The notes under the pieces are model-generated. The model saw only the letters and a program-made list of their open reading frames with translations, had not been told where the DNA came from and made no database searches. This document shows, in pieces, positions 52,841 to 64,000 of a stretch of 64,000 bases of DNA (within the stretch, counting starts at the first letter, position 1; every line of letters starts with the position of its first letter). Source of the DNA: Octopus sinensis (lineage: Eukaryota); the NCBI RefSeq assembly GCF_006345805.1, contig NC_042997.1, forward strand, positions 53,754,001 through 53,818,000, read 5' to 3'. Made by a program: the position numbers and the translations under genes.

Positions 52841-54484
52841 AAAAGGTTCGCTTGCAAGCAATGAGGTTTGATAAGAAACTTGTATCTATTCTAGAGTGAG
52901 ATATTTCCTTAAACCAGCTGCTACTATAAACGCCTGTATTCATACTTATTTAATGTTTATAGACGAACATTTATGGTAGGATGGCGGCGACGACAACGAT
53001 AAACCTCATCAGCTAAACAAGATATATCTCAAGATAAATGCGGAAGAACTCCAGACGGTGAGTGGGTTCGGTTGAGGGCGACTCTGCAATCCGATAAACC
53101 ATATGTCTACATAGCTGACAATTATTCTGTACCCACATCTGTAATAACAATTCCAATACCACTGGTTGATTGAGGGAAGGCCCACTTGTGTAACCTTGGA
53201 CTATATCTGTCTGTATATCTGTCTGTCTAGCTGTATGTCAGTCCGTTAGCTGATGAATAAAAACTTATATGAAAGAAAAAGAGTGAAAGAGGAATGAATA
53301 GTAAAGTCTGAACGTAGGAAAGAATATTTCGTTGTGTACAGGCTTTCTCTGAAAATTAGCACAGGAACACTTAAATATATGTGTCTGTGTGTCAGTGTCT
53401 GTGTTTATGTATCTACGTGTCTAATCTGATCAACGCACGCAGCAATCTGCAGAGTTAAAGAGAGCTGCGATTATATAATCATTTTGTTGCCATATAGGGC
53501 TACGTTGGTGTGCAACCCCATCCCTACATCATTCCATTATTTAATGTGAAGAAGTATTTGACCCAATATTAATATGAAGTAAAATGGGAGAATAAAATAC
53601 AAGGAAATCTCTCACTCCCTTTCTCTCTCTCTCCCTCTCACAAATATACATACATACGTACGTACGTACATACATACATACATATCAATATTTCCGTTGG
53701 TATTTCTGGGTTTTTTTATTTATGAGCTGCGGCTATGATGGAGCCTACCTCCAAATGAATAGGCCATGATGGAGACGCCAGTAGTTATTTCACTCTGACA
53801 CATAATTTATCAAGATTTATTTGTCGAACCGCAAAGTTACGAGGTATAAAGAGACATAGCAGAAACAACACCAGTTTTAAAAACCGAGCTAGATATAAAC
53901 AGAGACAGCACAGACATTCGCACATAGACTCTTTCATGTATGTAAGTGTGTGTGTGTGTGTTGTGTGTGTGTGTGTGCGCGCGCGTAAATTAGCAGTTAT
54001 TAGAGCAACGGATAGAATGCCCGGCGTTGTTTGTTCCGACCTTCTGCGCTTCAAGTTCAATTCCCACCGAGATCAACTTTGTCTTTTTACTAGTCCAGTT
54101 CAGAATTTGACTGAGCCTTCAAAGCGTCAGACGAGATGTCTTGCGATGTCTGTTTGGCTTTGTATTTTCCTTGGACAACATTAGTGACACGGAGAAGAGT
54201 CTCGCATGCTGAAACAACTGCTTGTCTTCCTCAAAACGTTATCCAGGCTCGTGCCTTGGAGAGGAATATTACAACTGCCAATAATCAGACTGTCTACAAC
54301 AGAAAAACAAAGACCATTGCTGTTCTTATATACATGATGGGTGCATACACGGTCAGTTTCTGGAATTTAAAGTTTTGTGTGTGTATGCGTGTTTTTATTT
54401 TTGTTTATTTATTTAAGTATTTATTGTGGAGGAATAGGCTATCTTCTAACCATTTTCAGATCCTCCGCAACTAGTGAGATCAAT

Positions 54485-54722
54485 ACCTATTTCTTTACTA
54501 CCCACAATGGGCTAAACATAGAGGGGACAAACAAGGACAGACAAACGGATTAAGTCGATTACATCGACCCCAGTGCGTAACTGGTACTTAATTTATCGAC
54601 CCCGAAAGGATGAAAGGCAAAGTCGACCTTGGCGGAATTTGAACTCGGAACGTAGCGGCAGACGAAATACCGCTAAGCATTTCGCCCGGCGTGTTAACGA
54701 TTCTGCCAGCTCTCGCCGCCTT
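54485..54722 (-). mobile_element. SINE family A, full-length
   Basis: Complete head-to-tail match to the other copies. Confidence 0.93.
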
Positions 54723-54869
54723 AGTGAGATCAATACCATCAATTTTCCGCTTGAATTGTTACAAGTCCAATACTCCAAGACAAAAAAAAAAGACCTATGT
54801 GTAAGGAGGAAATGCCAGCCTAGTTGTTTGTGTGTAGCAGCAGCAGCAGTAGCAGCAGCGGTAGCAGCA

Positions 54870-55400
54870 GCACTGTCCCAGATGTGAGACCAGTACTACT
54901 TTTGCAAGTCTTACCTGGGCTTCATAACTAGTTAGTAGTTGTTATGGCTGAAATATTTTGTGACTCTGAAGAGAGTAGCTAGTCTTTGCTATATTGAGAA
55001 TATGTATTCACAATGGGAGATCGTAGGTGATGGTGACACCAAGCATTTCAAACAACTGTGAGATATCTAGTTGCAAGCTGTTCATGTTTGTGGGATGTGA
55101 GATGTGATAATGTTTTCTTAATATGAAAATTGATTGTACCATTTTGCTGCTGAAAGAGAAAGGCTTAGCATAACTCAGTGGGAGTATGTTTTCTCTTGTC
55201 TGTTCATGGAGTCAACGAGTATTTGCAGTGAGATGCCTAGGTTACACGTGAACGATTTTTGAATGCAGACTGTTAGAGAGGAATAAAGACTAGGGTAATA
55301 TTTGTGTACGATGTGGTGAGGACGAGCAGATCGTTGATGTAGAGGAATAAAAGTTTGCGGGACAAAACTCTGGGCACCCCAGAGCTGACAGTGTCAGAGT
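54870..55400 (-). mobile_element. Decayed L2/CR1-group RT fragment
   Basis: SSGVPRVLSRKLLFLYINDLL (from SGVPQGSVL.P.LFLLYINDL) and LGVTITYDL. Confidence 0.65.
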
Positions 55401-55434
55401 GTATTTCTCTCTCTCTCTCTCTTCCCCCCTCTTT

Positions 55435-55473
<39 letters not shown>

Positions 55474-55767
55474 CCTCTCTCTCTTCTCTCCCTCTCTCTC
55501 TATATATATATATTTATATGTATGTGTATACACACACACATATATGTTGTATACACGCATATGTGTATGTGTGTGTGTGTGCGTGTGTGTGTGTGCGTGT
55601 ATGTGTAAGGTATAAATTAGAGGTGTCAAACCCTCTAAGGGTTAGAAATATCCGGAGGCACTCCTGATAATTACCTCAGTAATTATGGTCCTTGGCATAA
55701 GGTATACGGCAGCAGGTAATTTAAGAGGTAAACCGTAGTTTAATGTATATATATAGACGATAAGAAA

Positions 55768-56181
55768 ATGGAGGAAAAGTAACAAATAGAAGTGTGTCTG
55801 TTGTGCTAAAAAGCCATTATTTAATTAATTAAGCAAGGTGAGGTCAAGAGTGAGTTTACAGCTGTTTCTGTGTACCAAAGTTGAGGTAAATAGGGGTTTA
55901 CCTCGTTGCGAATGGTAGACGTCATCAGAACGAAGAAGGCAGAAATAGACAAAGAGGGGAACAGAGTGAAAGATAGAGGGAGAAATCGGAAAGGAAAAGT
56001 TCAATGATTCGAAAGTTGAAGAATAGAGGATGGTTGAATCCGAAGTCTTGTAGTTAGTTATTATCATGACTTCCACGTATCTAACTGTTTATGTAAACCC
56101 ATTCTTACCCCCACCTTGCTTAATTAATTAAATAATGGCTTTTTAGCACAACAGACACACTTCTTTATGTTTTTCCTCCAT
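55768..56181. repeat. Inverted repeat (~92-bp arms, ~230-bp spacer)
   Basis: gaagtgtgtctgttgtgctaaaaagccattatttaattaattaagcaaggtg has a near-perfect mirror at ~56113-56165. Confidence 0.88.
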
Positions 56182-58642
56182 GTTCTTGTGCATGTGTTTG
56201 TGTATGTGCGATGGGCTTTCGCGCAGATACTGTCTATTCACAATATCTTAGTTAACCCAAGGCTATGAGAGAAGAGACTTGTCCCAGGAAGCTGTGAAGA
56301 ATAATGAATCCCAGAACCACATGGTTGAGGGGCGAGGGTCTTAAACATACAGCAGTAACATGACTTTGTAGACATTTCTTTGTTGATATTCCGTCTCATG
56401 ATAGCCTGCCCAGTAAGAAATTTGAGCACCACGAATATCCTTTTCTCAATCTCCTTAACTTTTCAACTGAACAGTTCAGCAATGGATGATTGCCTTTATT
56501 ATCAATGAACTGAGCCTCTTTAAGGTATAGATATATATCAATTATCCTTTCAGCTTTCGGTTTGTAGTATGTGTGTGTGATTGAATATATACGTATGTGT
56601 ATGTATAAAATCCATAGCCGTCACAACCAAGCTAGTATAACTTGGTAGTATGTACCACGTTTTAAATAATTTTTCATGTATCTATGATTTGATGGAGATT
56701 TAGCTAATATTTCTAACACAAGAAGACTCCTTCGTTGACTCGAGAGGGTCCTTAGTCTTTATAGATGCCGAATAGTTTACAAAACCAAGCTCTAATTTTA
56801 TCACACGTAAATTTATAAGTTTCTAGAAAATTAAAAGATTATTTGTAGGGATATGAATTACATATAACTTTTCCTTCTTTTCCTACATACTAGCAAAAAG
56901 GAGACCTCTTATAGTCTTGTTGGTAGAATAATGCATGTGGTTAATGAGTATAGGTTTGAAATAATATGTAAATCAGACACAATATATCAGATCTTAATTT
57001 ATATCAATAAAGGCAAGTATTCATATATGTGTTTATGAGAATGTACATAGATATTATCATCTTTTACAAAGTCAATTAAATAATATGTTGTAGATTGTTA
57101 TAGAAAATGTGCACACAAATCTTTGTGTTTGTAAAGGGAAATTGCTTACAAAGCCGATCCTGGGCAGCAGCGAACAGAAAATGCAAATGTTTTAAAACTG
57201 TTAGAAGTTATTCTATTGAGGAACAGCTAACATAAGAACGAAAAAGACAGCTTACCCAAAGCTGCCGGTGACAGAATGAGGAGCGTTTTCTCTTTAAATA
57301 ACCAAAATGACTCACAGATTACCGATCTTTCATTGGCTAAAGTAACATACGTAATAGCAGCGAAACTAAAATGTATGTACATATAAAGTCGCTGTAAATT
57401 CAAATACATCCTAAACTATGATCTATGTGGTTTGAACGATTTCACAATAGCAGAAATAAACTGATGATCGGAAGATAGATTATTGAACAAATATTTCCTT
57501 AGTTTGCAATACTGAATTTAATTATTCTTTAGCCTGGAATGGTAAACCACTTCTCAGTATTTTCTGTGAGAGTTCCTGAAATGAACAGGATCACTGGAGT
57601 TCAACATCCCCATCGGCATACACAAATGCATGAAGTCGGTAATAACATCGTCATCATCATCACTACTGCTACTAATATTATCAACAACAACAATAACACG
57701 AATTCTAAAAACAGAAAATAAAAGCTATTTAGGTTCTTGATTGTAACTCTAGTAAAGAAACTAAATTGTTTGTAAACACAGAATAGTAGAACTAAAGTGA
57801 ATGTAAGAGAGTTGTTTAAAGAAGACAAAAGAGATGGAGTGAGGTGAAGATAGAGTGCTGGCAATGCTAAAAAAACACAGACTGTTTGTATTTGAGTCAG
57901 CGCATGCGTGCCTGCTTGTATGCGAATGAGAGCTGTCTGTATCAGCTATGTTAGCGCGTGTGTTTATGTTGATGATAACGAATGTTGTATAAAATAAGAG
58001 CTGTTACCGTAAGCTGAGAAGCGGAGTGGACGGGAAAGAATAGAAGAAAACAGGAGACATGAAAATGGAAACTTTGTTTCTTAGACATAATTGAAAAAGA
58101 GGAACTTTGTTTTCTCATTACGACAAAACTGTCAGTTAAAATTTTGCTTTAACAAAAGTATAGTGCATGAGAAATTATGGCATTCATGAACCTTCCAGAG
58201 TATCAACAACGCAATAATAACTTCACATTGCTACAGCTGATATCTGAAAGTTAGTCTTAGTGTTGTTACCTCATTTGAAATTTTATTTAATTTTAGAATT
58301 TTATGTTACATCATAAATTTTGGTAATCGTTGATTATAGGCTTCCAACAGCTCAATCAATTATTCGCTGCATTTCTGATGGTGAACTCGGCAAAAAGTTT
58401 CCTAGTAATTCGAGCGGAATAAATACCACACGATATGTGTCTGAATGCACCAGTTCTTTTCACGTAGTATATCAGCGAAAAATGTCAAAACAAATTCTGA
58501 GAGAATTTCTGTCGAAGAGGTACTTTTTTTTCAAAAGTTTTCTATCCCTTTTGGTCTTGAGCTTTCCTTCTTTCTTAATATGACTTAAATATTTGCAATT
58601 TTTTCCGTCTTGCTATTTATGCGATTCTTTCTCTCTTCCCAA

Positions 58643-59456
58643 CTAAAGCACCACTAGCACCAATGACACCACCAACATCACTACTAGCAACACCAACACC
58701 ACAAGCACCACAGGGACTACCAGCACATCTAGAACCACCAACACCACTAGCATCACCAGCACCATTAACACCACCAACACCATAAGCACCACTGGCACTT
58801 CCAGCACCACTAGAACTACTAACACCAGGAGAACCACAAGCACCACTAGCACCACCAACACCACCACCACCGACACTAATCTCACCAGCACCACTGCACC
58901 ACCAACATCACGATCACCACAAGCACCACCAACACTATCAACACCACAACCAGCGCCACTAGCACCACCAACACCACAAGCACCACTAGCACCACTAGCA
59001 CCACTAGCACAACCACCACCGACACCAGCACTAGCAGCACCAGCACAACTAGCACCACCGGCACCACTAGCACCACCAACAGCAACACCACCACCACCAT
59101 TAGCTCTACCAGCACCACTAGCACCACCAACAGCACAAGCACCACTAGCACCATCAGCAAACCCACTAGCACCAGCAACACCACAAGCGGCATTAGCACC
59201 ACCACCATCACTAGCACCACCAGCACCACCAACATCCTCAACACCACAAGCACCCCTTGCACAATGAGCATCACTAGCACCACCAACACCAACATCATCA
59301 CTAGCACTACCAGCACCACTAGCACTATCAACACCACCAGCACCACTCTCATCAACATCACTACTAGCACCACCAACACCATCAGCACCACTAGCACCAC
59401 TAACAAAACCACCACTAGCACCACCAACACCACAAGCACCACTAGCACCACTGTTG
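58643..59456. repeat. Degenerate higher-order trinucleotide repeat (minus strand GGT-GCT-AGT based, ~27-nt unit)
   Basis: The plus strand shows recurring accactagcaccaccaacaccacaagc. It reads GVGGASGAC on the minus strand and a Thr/Ser-rich sequence on the plus strand. Confidence 0.85.
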
Positions 59457-61112
59457 CAGTGAGACAATCTTCTGTGTGAAGCTTCGCTGGATTGCTTCAA
59501 GGTCTGCTGTTAATTTTACACTGTTTTGGGTGACCATAGCTGGGAGCAGTAATCCAGGCGGCAGAGGACGAACGTCCTCCAGGGGAGCATCATGGCTTCC
59601 TTTTCTCTGGTTCTTCACGTTCTCAGGGTCGATCCAGCCAGTCGTCTGCATTTTGTCACCATCCTGATAATGTGCACTTGGAAAGAGGTATCATCACTCA
59701 TATCGATATCCAGGTCCCTCAATGATTTAGACTCTGGGATTGTAACCCCCTGTGGACCAGTGTACTCTGTAAGTTTTATATTCAATTTTGGACGCTGGTA
59801 GCGCAGGGGTTGGAATTTTTCAGCATTGAATTGCATATTATTATCTACAGCCCATCTGTAAACTGAGTCCAACTCCTGCTGCAGGGGTGCAACATCGCTG
59901 TGGTTCTCTATTTGCGTAGCTAGCAAGGGTGGCTACCTGTGCAGTTGAGGGTATATCTGAGAGGGCCACTATGAAAATCAGTGGTCCCAAGACAGTGCCC
60001 TGTGGAACACCGCTCCTTATTCGTGTTTTCATTGAGGTGGCCCCATCGGTCACTACTGCCTGATTCTATCTTTCAGAAAGTCATATAACCACTCTCCAAG
60101 TTTTCCAGCTATGCCGAGATCACGCAGTTTGTGGCATATCGTACCATGATCCACTTTATCAAAAGCTTTTGCATAATCGAGGTATATTACGTCCACATTT
60201 GAGTTGTTGAATAACTGCCTCAACACCCGGTCATAGTGCTTTAAGAGCTGTGTCAGTCGAAAGCCATGCTGGATATCACTCAGCAAGTCGTTTTCTTCAA
60301 GGAATGTGATTAGTTTCCCTCTGACTATCCGTTCCATGACTTTACTGATGTGTGAAGTCAGAGAGATAGGCCTATAGTTTTTGGCATCTGCTATGCTTCC
60401 TCCTTTTATGGATTGGGAATATTATTCCCTCCTTTAGTTTGCATGGCAGCCTGCTATTTTCAAGAAAGCTCTGGAAGAGAATCTTTAGAGGTTTTACCAA
60501 GGAACGCTTACATGATTTGAGGAGGATTGCTGGAAAACCATCAGTTTCCCAGCAGTTGAGTTGGCGTCCACCTCATATATGGCTAGTAGTATATCTTCTT
60601 CGCTAATGTTGATATATTCCATCGTAACTGCCTCGCTGGTTATAGGTGAGGCGGCAAAAACATCCACTGGTTCGTTGACTTGTCTGTGTTCCAACGGGGT
60701 GGTAAAGACACTTTTGAACTGGTCATTCAATACCTCACTGATCCTCGTTGGACTATCTGTGAGGGAGCCATCCTTTTGGAAGCAAAGTCCTATCTTGCAA
60801 CGTACTGAGGCTGTTTCTTTCGCATAATGAAAGAAGACCTTTGGGTTTGAATTAATGTTTTTATAACCCAAGCCTCTTTGTCTGCTCTCTCCCTCTCAAT
60901 CTCCATCAGAGTTGTTTTTAGGCAGGAATCTTGTTCTATTTTGTGTTGGCCTTGTGCTCTGGGACATATTTCTGGCATATGGTTTGCATGACAGATATAA
61001 CATATTCTAGTTTCATGCTAATATCTGGTGTGGAGAGACATTTTGGCCAATCTTGTCCGAGGATTTCATTTTGGATCGATTTCCAGGCTGCTTTGTGGAA
61101 GTTCAGATTTGA
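59457..61112 (-). mobile_element. CR1-clade LINE ORF2 remnant (linker and RT), internally deleted
   Basis: LNFHKAAW, FNDQFKSVFT-type motif, QHGFR, YLDYAKAFDKVDH, SGVPQGTVLGPLIF, a truncated YA(DD), NNMQFNAEKF and LEAIQRSFT. Confidence 0.92.
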
Positions 61113-61220
61113 GCCGGCACACATACATGCACACACCGAGAAGATAAACATACACTAAATACTTGAGAATAAAACAAGGAGGGGGTAATCAATAAAACTA
61201 TTTAAGGTTAATGAAGAGTT

Positions 61221-61900
61221 AATTTGGACATATGCTTACAAGAAAAAAGTCTTTCATCTCTCGAATTTAAGATAGAACCGTTCATTTTCATAATTATATG
61301 ACTTCTCTAAATTTTTACTACAAGTTTTTAACCTCCCCTACTACTAATACTAACCCTATTTACTCAAATAGCCCTATATCCTCTACCAACAATCTCCATA
61401 CCCACGCAAACTCTATCTCTACCAATACATGTACACGTAGCAACAGTGCGTCTAATACTAGTAACAATTGTAGCTGTAGAAACGCTAACACCTGTGAGGT
61501 TAAAGGTAATTGTAAATTAAAAAATGTTCTATATAAAGCCGCTATTACTACACATGATCTCTCTAGGTTTCATTATATAGGTTGCACGCAGTCCCCTTTT
61601 AAATTACATTTGAATAATCATAAATCATCTTTTAGTGATCCTCGGAGAGAAAATAGTACTAGTTTATCCAAAAAGGTATGGCAACTTAAAATGGATAACA
61701 TAAATTTCTCAATTTCTTGGAATATTGTTTATTCTGCCCCTTCTTATAGGATTAGAAATAGAACCTGTCCACTATGCCTAGAGGAGTCTGATATAATTAT
61801 AAAAATGAACGGTTCTATCTTGAATACAAGAGATGAAAGACATTTTTCTCGTAAGCATATGTCCAAATTCCTCGTATATATTTCTGCCTTTCGGTTGTAA
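61221..61900 (+). mobile_element. Penelope-like (Neptune-type) GIY-YIG fragment with an inverted 3' duplication at its 5' side
   Basis: CSCRNANTCEVKGNC, VLYKA...HYIGCTQSPFKLHLNNHKSSF, SISWNIV, CPLCLEE and LNTRDE. Segment 61221-61308 is the reverse complement of 61780-61869. Confidence 0.87.
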
Positions 61901-61929
61901 AATTGCGAACAAGACATACATACATATAT

Positions 61930-61965
<36 letters not shown>

Positions 61966-62123
61966 AAGATACATACATGCTAACATATATATGAGAGGAC
62001 AAATGAAAGAAAGTGGCGTTCAACACATTTGATAAGAATTACATAATTTATAAGTGTGACTCAGTGCCATACGACCTAAAGTGTTGTGGGTTCGTAGGAC
62101 CAACACATCTCATTAGATATCTA

Positions 62124-62177
62124 GATATCTGATAAGATGGGTTCGTCTTACGAGCTCTCGAAACCTAAAGTCATAGC
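62124..62177 (+). ncRNA. Degenerate type I hammerhead motif downstream of the Penelope-like ORF
   Basis: Reads gatat CTGATAA ga-tg-ggttcgt-ctt-acgagct-c-tc GAAA c-ctaaa-g TC atagc. The core differs from CUGAUGA by G8>A and the cleavage triplet is GUC. Confidence 0.45.
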
Positions 62178-62584
62178 GTTGAGTCATCTATGTGTATATG
62201 TACGTGTTAAACGTACTGAGGTCCTGTGGTTGAGCTATAATAACCTTAAGAAACAAGCCTTTTTATATAGGAAAATATCATTGTCTCCTCCATAAAGGAA
62301 CAATGTAGAATTATGCAAGTAAAGCGTTTAAACTGACGTAACATTAATGTCATTATTTTTATGTGCAGATCAAGAATTGTGAAACCTCAGCACACTCATG
62401 TACTACGATAAGAGAAGTATTCCATTTAACTGTTTTCAACCAAACATGAAGTTGCTCTATTTGAATCAATCGAAGGCAACTACTAAGAAGTTGTAAGGCT
62501 GTCCCATTTTTATCGATACAATTTAATAAAGACCGCAATAGTAAAGCTGTACTACGCCCATGTCGATATTCTGCATTAACCGAA

Positions 62585-62795
62585 GGGGGTGAGGTGGCGG
62601 AATCATTAGCACGCCGGACAAAATGCTTAGCGGCATTTCGTCTGTTTTTTCGTTTTGAGTTCAAATTCCGCAAAGGTCGACTTTGCCTCTCATAATTTTG
62701 GGATCAATAAAATGAGTACCAGTTAAGTATTGGGGTCGATGTAATCGAATTAGCTTCCCTCCCGAACTTGTTGTCCTCGTGCTAAAATTTGAAGC
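62585..62795 (+). mobile_element. SINE family A copy
   Basis: ggcggaatcattagcacgccggacaaaatgcttag...gagttcaaattccg matches the family. Confidence 0.85.
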
Positions 62796-63265
62796 CGATA
62801 TTATGTATTGACTCTGTCAACTATTAACAAGCTGAGAAAAGCAACTTTATCTAGTCAATAGGATTGGCAGATTATTTTATGGGAATATATAATCTAAGAT
62901 TGTATGAAAGATATATTTGGAGAATATAACTAGAAAGATATATAGAAAGGTGTTTTAATTAACCTTGATGCTTTTCTATTTACTGTTTTGTCAAAAACTT
63001 GTTTTTTACTGTACCCAAGAAATTTGCCACATAATTTATAAGTTCTGTTTGAATAATTCTACAACAGAAGTCGAAATCACTATCTTTTGATTGCTAATTC
63101 TAGTTATTTCTACGGCACCAAGTAGAAATTACTCTCATACGTATTTTAAATTTTTGTCCTTCGTCGTGCTATACATATACCCAGATTTATCTACTATAAG
63201 TCACGTTACAGACCGATGTTTCTCTTAATATAATATGCACTTCCACTTTATTATATACTTACCTT

Positions 63266-63478
63266 AAGGCTGCGAGCTGGCAGAATCGTTAGCATGCCGG
63301 GCGAAATGCTTAGCAGTATTTCGTCTGTTGCTACGTTCTGAGTTCAAATTCCGCCGAGGTCGACTTTCATCCTTTCGGGGTCGATAAAATAAGTATCGGT
63401 TCCGCACTGGAATCGATGTAATCGACTAGCCCTCTTTCCCCGCCAAATTTTCGAGGCCTTGTGCCTAGAGTAAAAATA
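63266..63478 (+). mobile_element. SINE family A copy with 16-bp TSD
   Basis: attatatacttacctt at 63250-63265 and 63479-63494 flanks the element. Confidence 0.92.
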
Positions 63479-64000
63479 ATTATATACTTACCTTTTCCAA
63501 ACCTATGAAATGATCTCTACCTGGCCACACGGTCTATTCCAAATAGTTACCGAATTCCCTTTCAGATCAGACCCTACCGTATTGGGAAACGAGCAGGAAT
63601 ATTGGATAATGTATTCCAAGATGACTCTAAAATGACGTAGTTATCTTAGCAAGAATACTTTTAATCAAAGATCACTTTGGTTAGGGCAAATTTGGGTCTA
63701 AACAACAATAGCCTATCTTTCTTAGATTTCTACCGCTTCTTTCATCATCGGGGTCTGCAGTAAATATTACGTATGGCCCCTACATATGAGCAGTTTCCCG
63801 CTTAAATGTGAAGACCTGATGAAAGTGCCAATATGGACTAAGTTAATTCTTGTTGCTGGTCTTTGTCACTGTCACCAAACTACATACAGAGGTACACATT
63901 TTCCCATTTTACTACTCTATTACCCAAACACATTTTTGGCAAGTATGCTTTTGAAAATGTTACACCCAATCAATTATCAATAGAGGCTTCAAAAACCAAC

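Noticed and set aside
53268-53300. CTGATGA...GAAA hammerhead-like string
   Set aside because: Stem II is weak, and there is no stem III, UH triplet or stem I partner.
57500-57730. Possible exon with an acidic/poly-Asn tract
   Set aside because: It is composed of (CAT)/(CAA) trinucleotide decay and the frames close quickly.
58320-58583. 87-aa ORF with ag/gt boundaries
   Set aside because: No recognisable motif, and the length is within chance expectation.

Overview
This is AT-rich eukaryotic DNA with a very high load of microsatellites and decayed transposons. The SINE families and repeat load suggest a coleoid cephalopod, most likely Octopus; that is an inference from pattern recognition, not a search. 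I found no host protein-coding gene I can support, so the window reads as intergenic DNA or one very large intron. Retroelement remnants: Tx1/L1, RTE (x2), CR1/L2 (x5), an R4/Dong 3' end and Penelope-like GIY-YIG fragments (x2). DNA-transposon remnants: a near full-length Tc1, a DD34D mariner with ~76-bp TIRs, a second mariner, a piggyBac, hAT relics, a Merlin-type MITE with a perfect 8-bp TSD, a pogo/Tc2-type MITE and Helitron-like HINEs. Three tRNA-type SINE families are also present. The most interesting signal is a set of four type I hammerhead-ribozyme-like motifs (24167-24201, 32488-32548, 32909-32969, 62124-62177). They lie in Penelope-like tails and in a 550-bp palindrome flanked by (TA)n. 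Also notable are an unusual number of unrelated long fold-back repeats, a cluster of three perfect TGACGTCA sites and a Gly/Ala/Ser-reading higher-order repeat. Coordinates were counted by eye and family names come from recognised motifs, not database hits.
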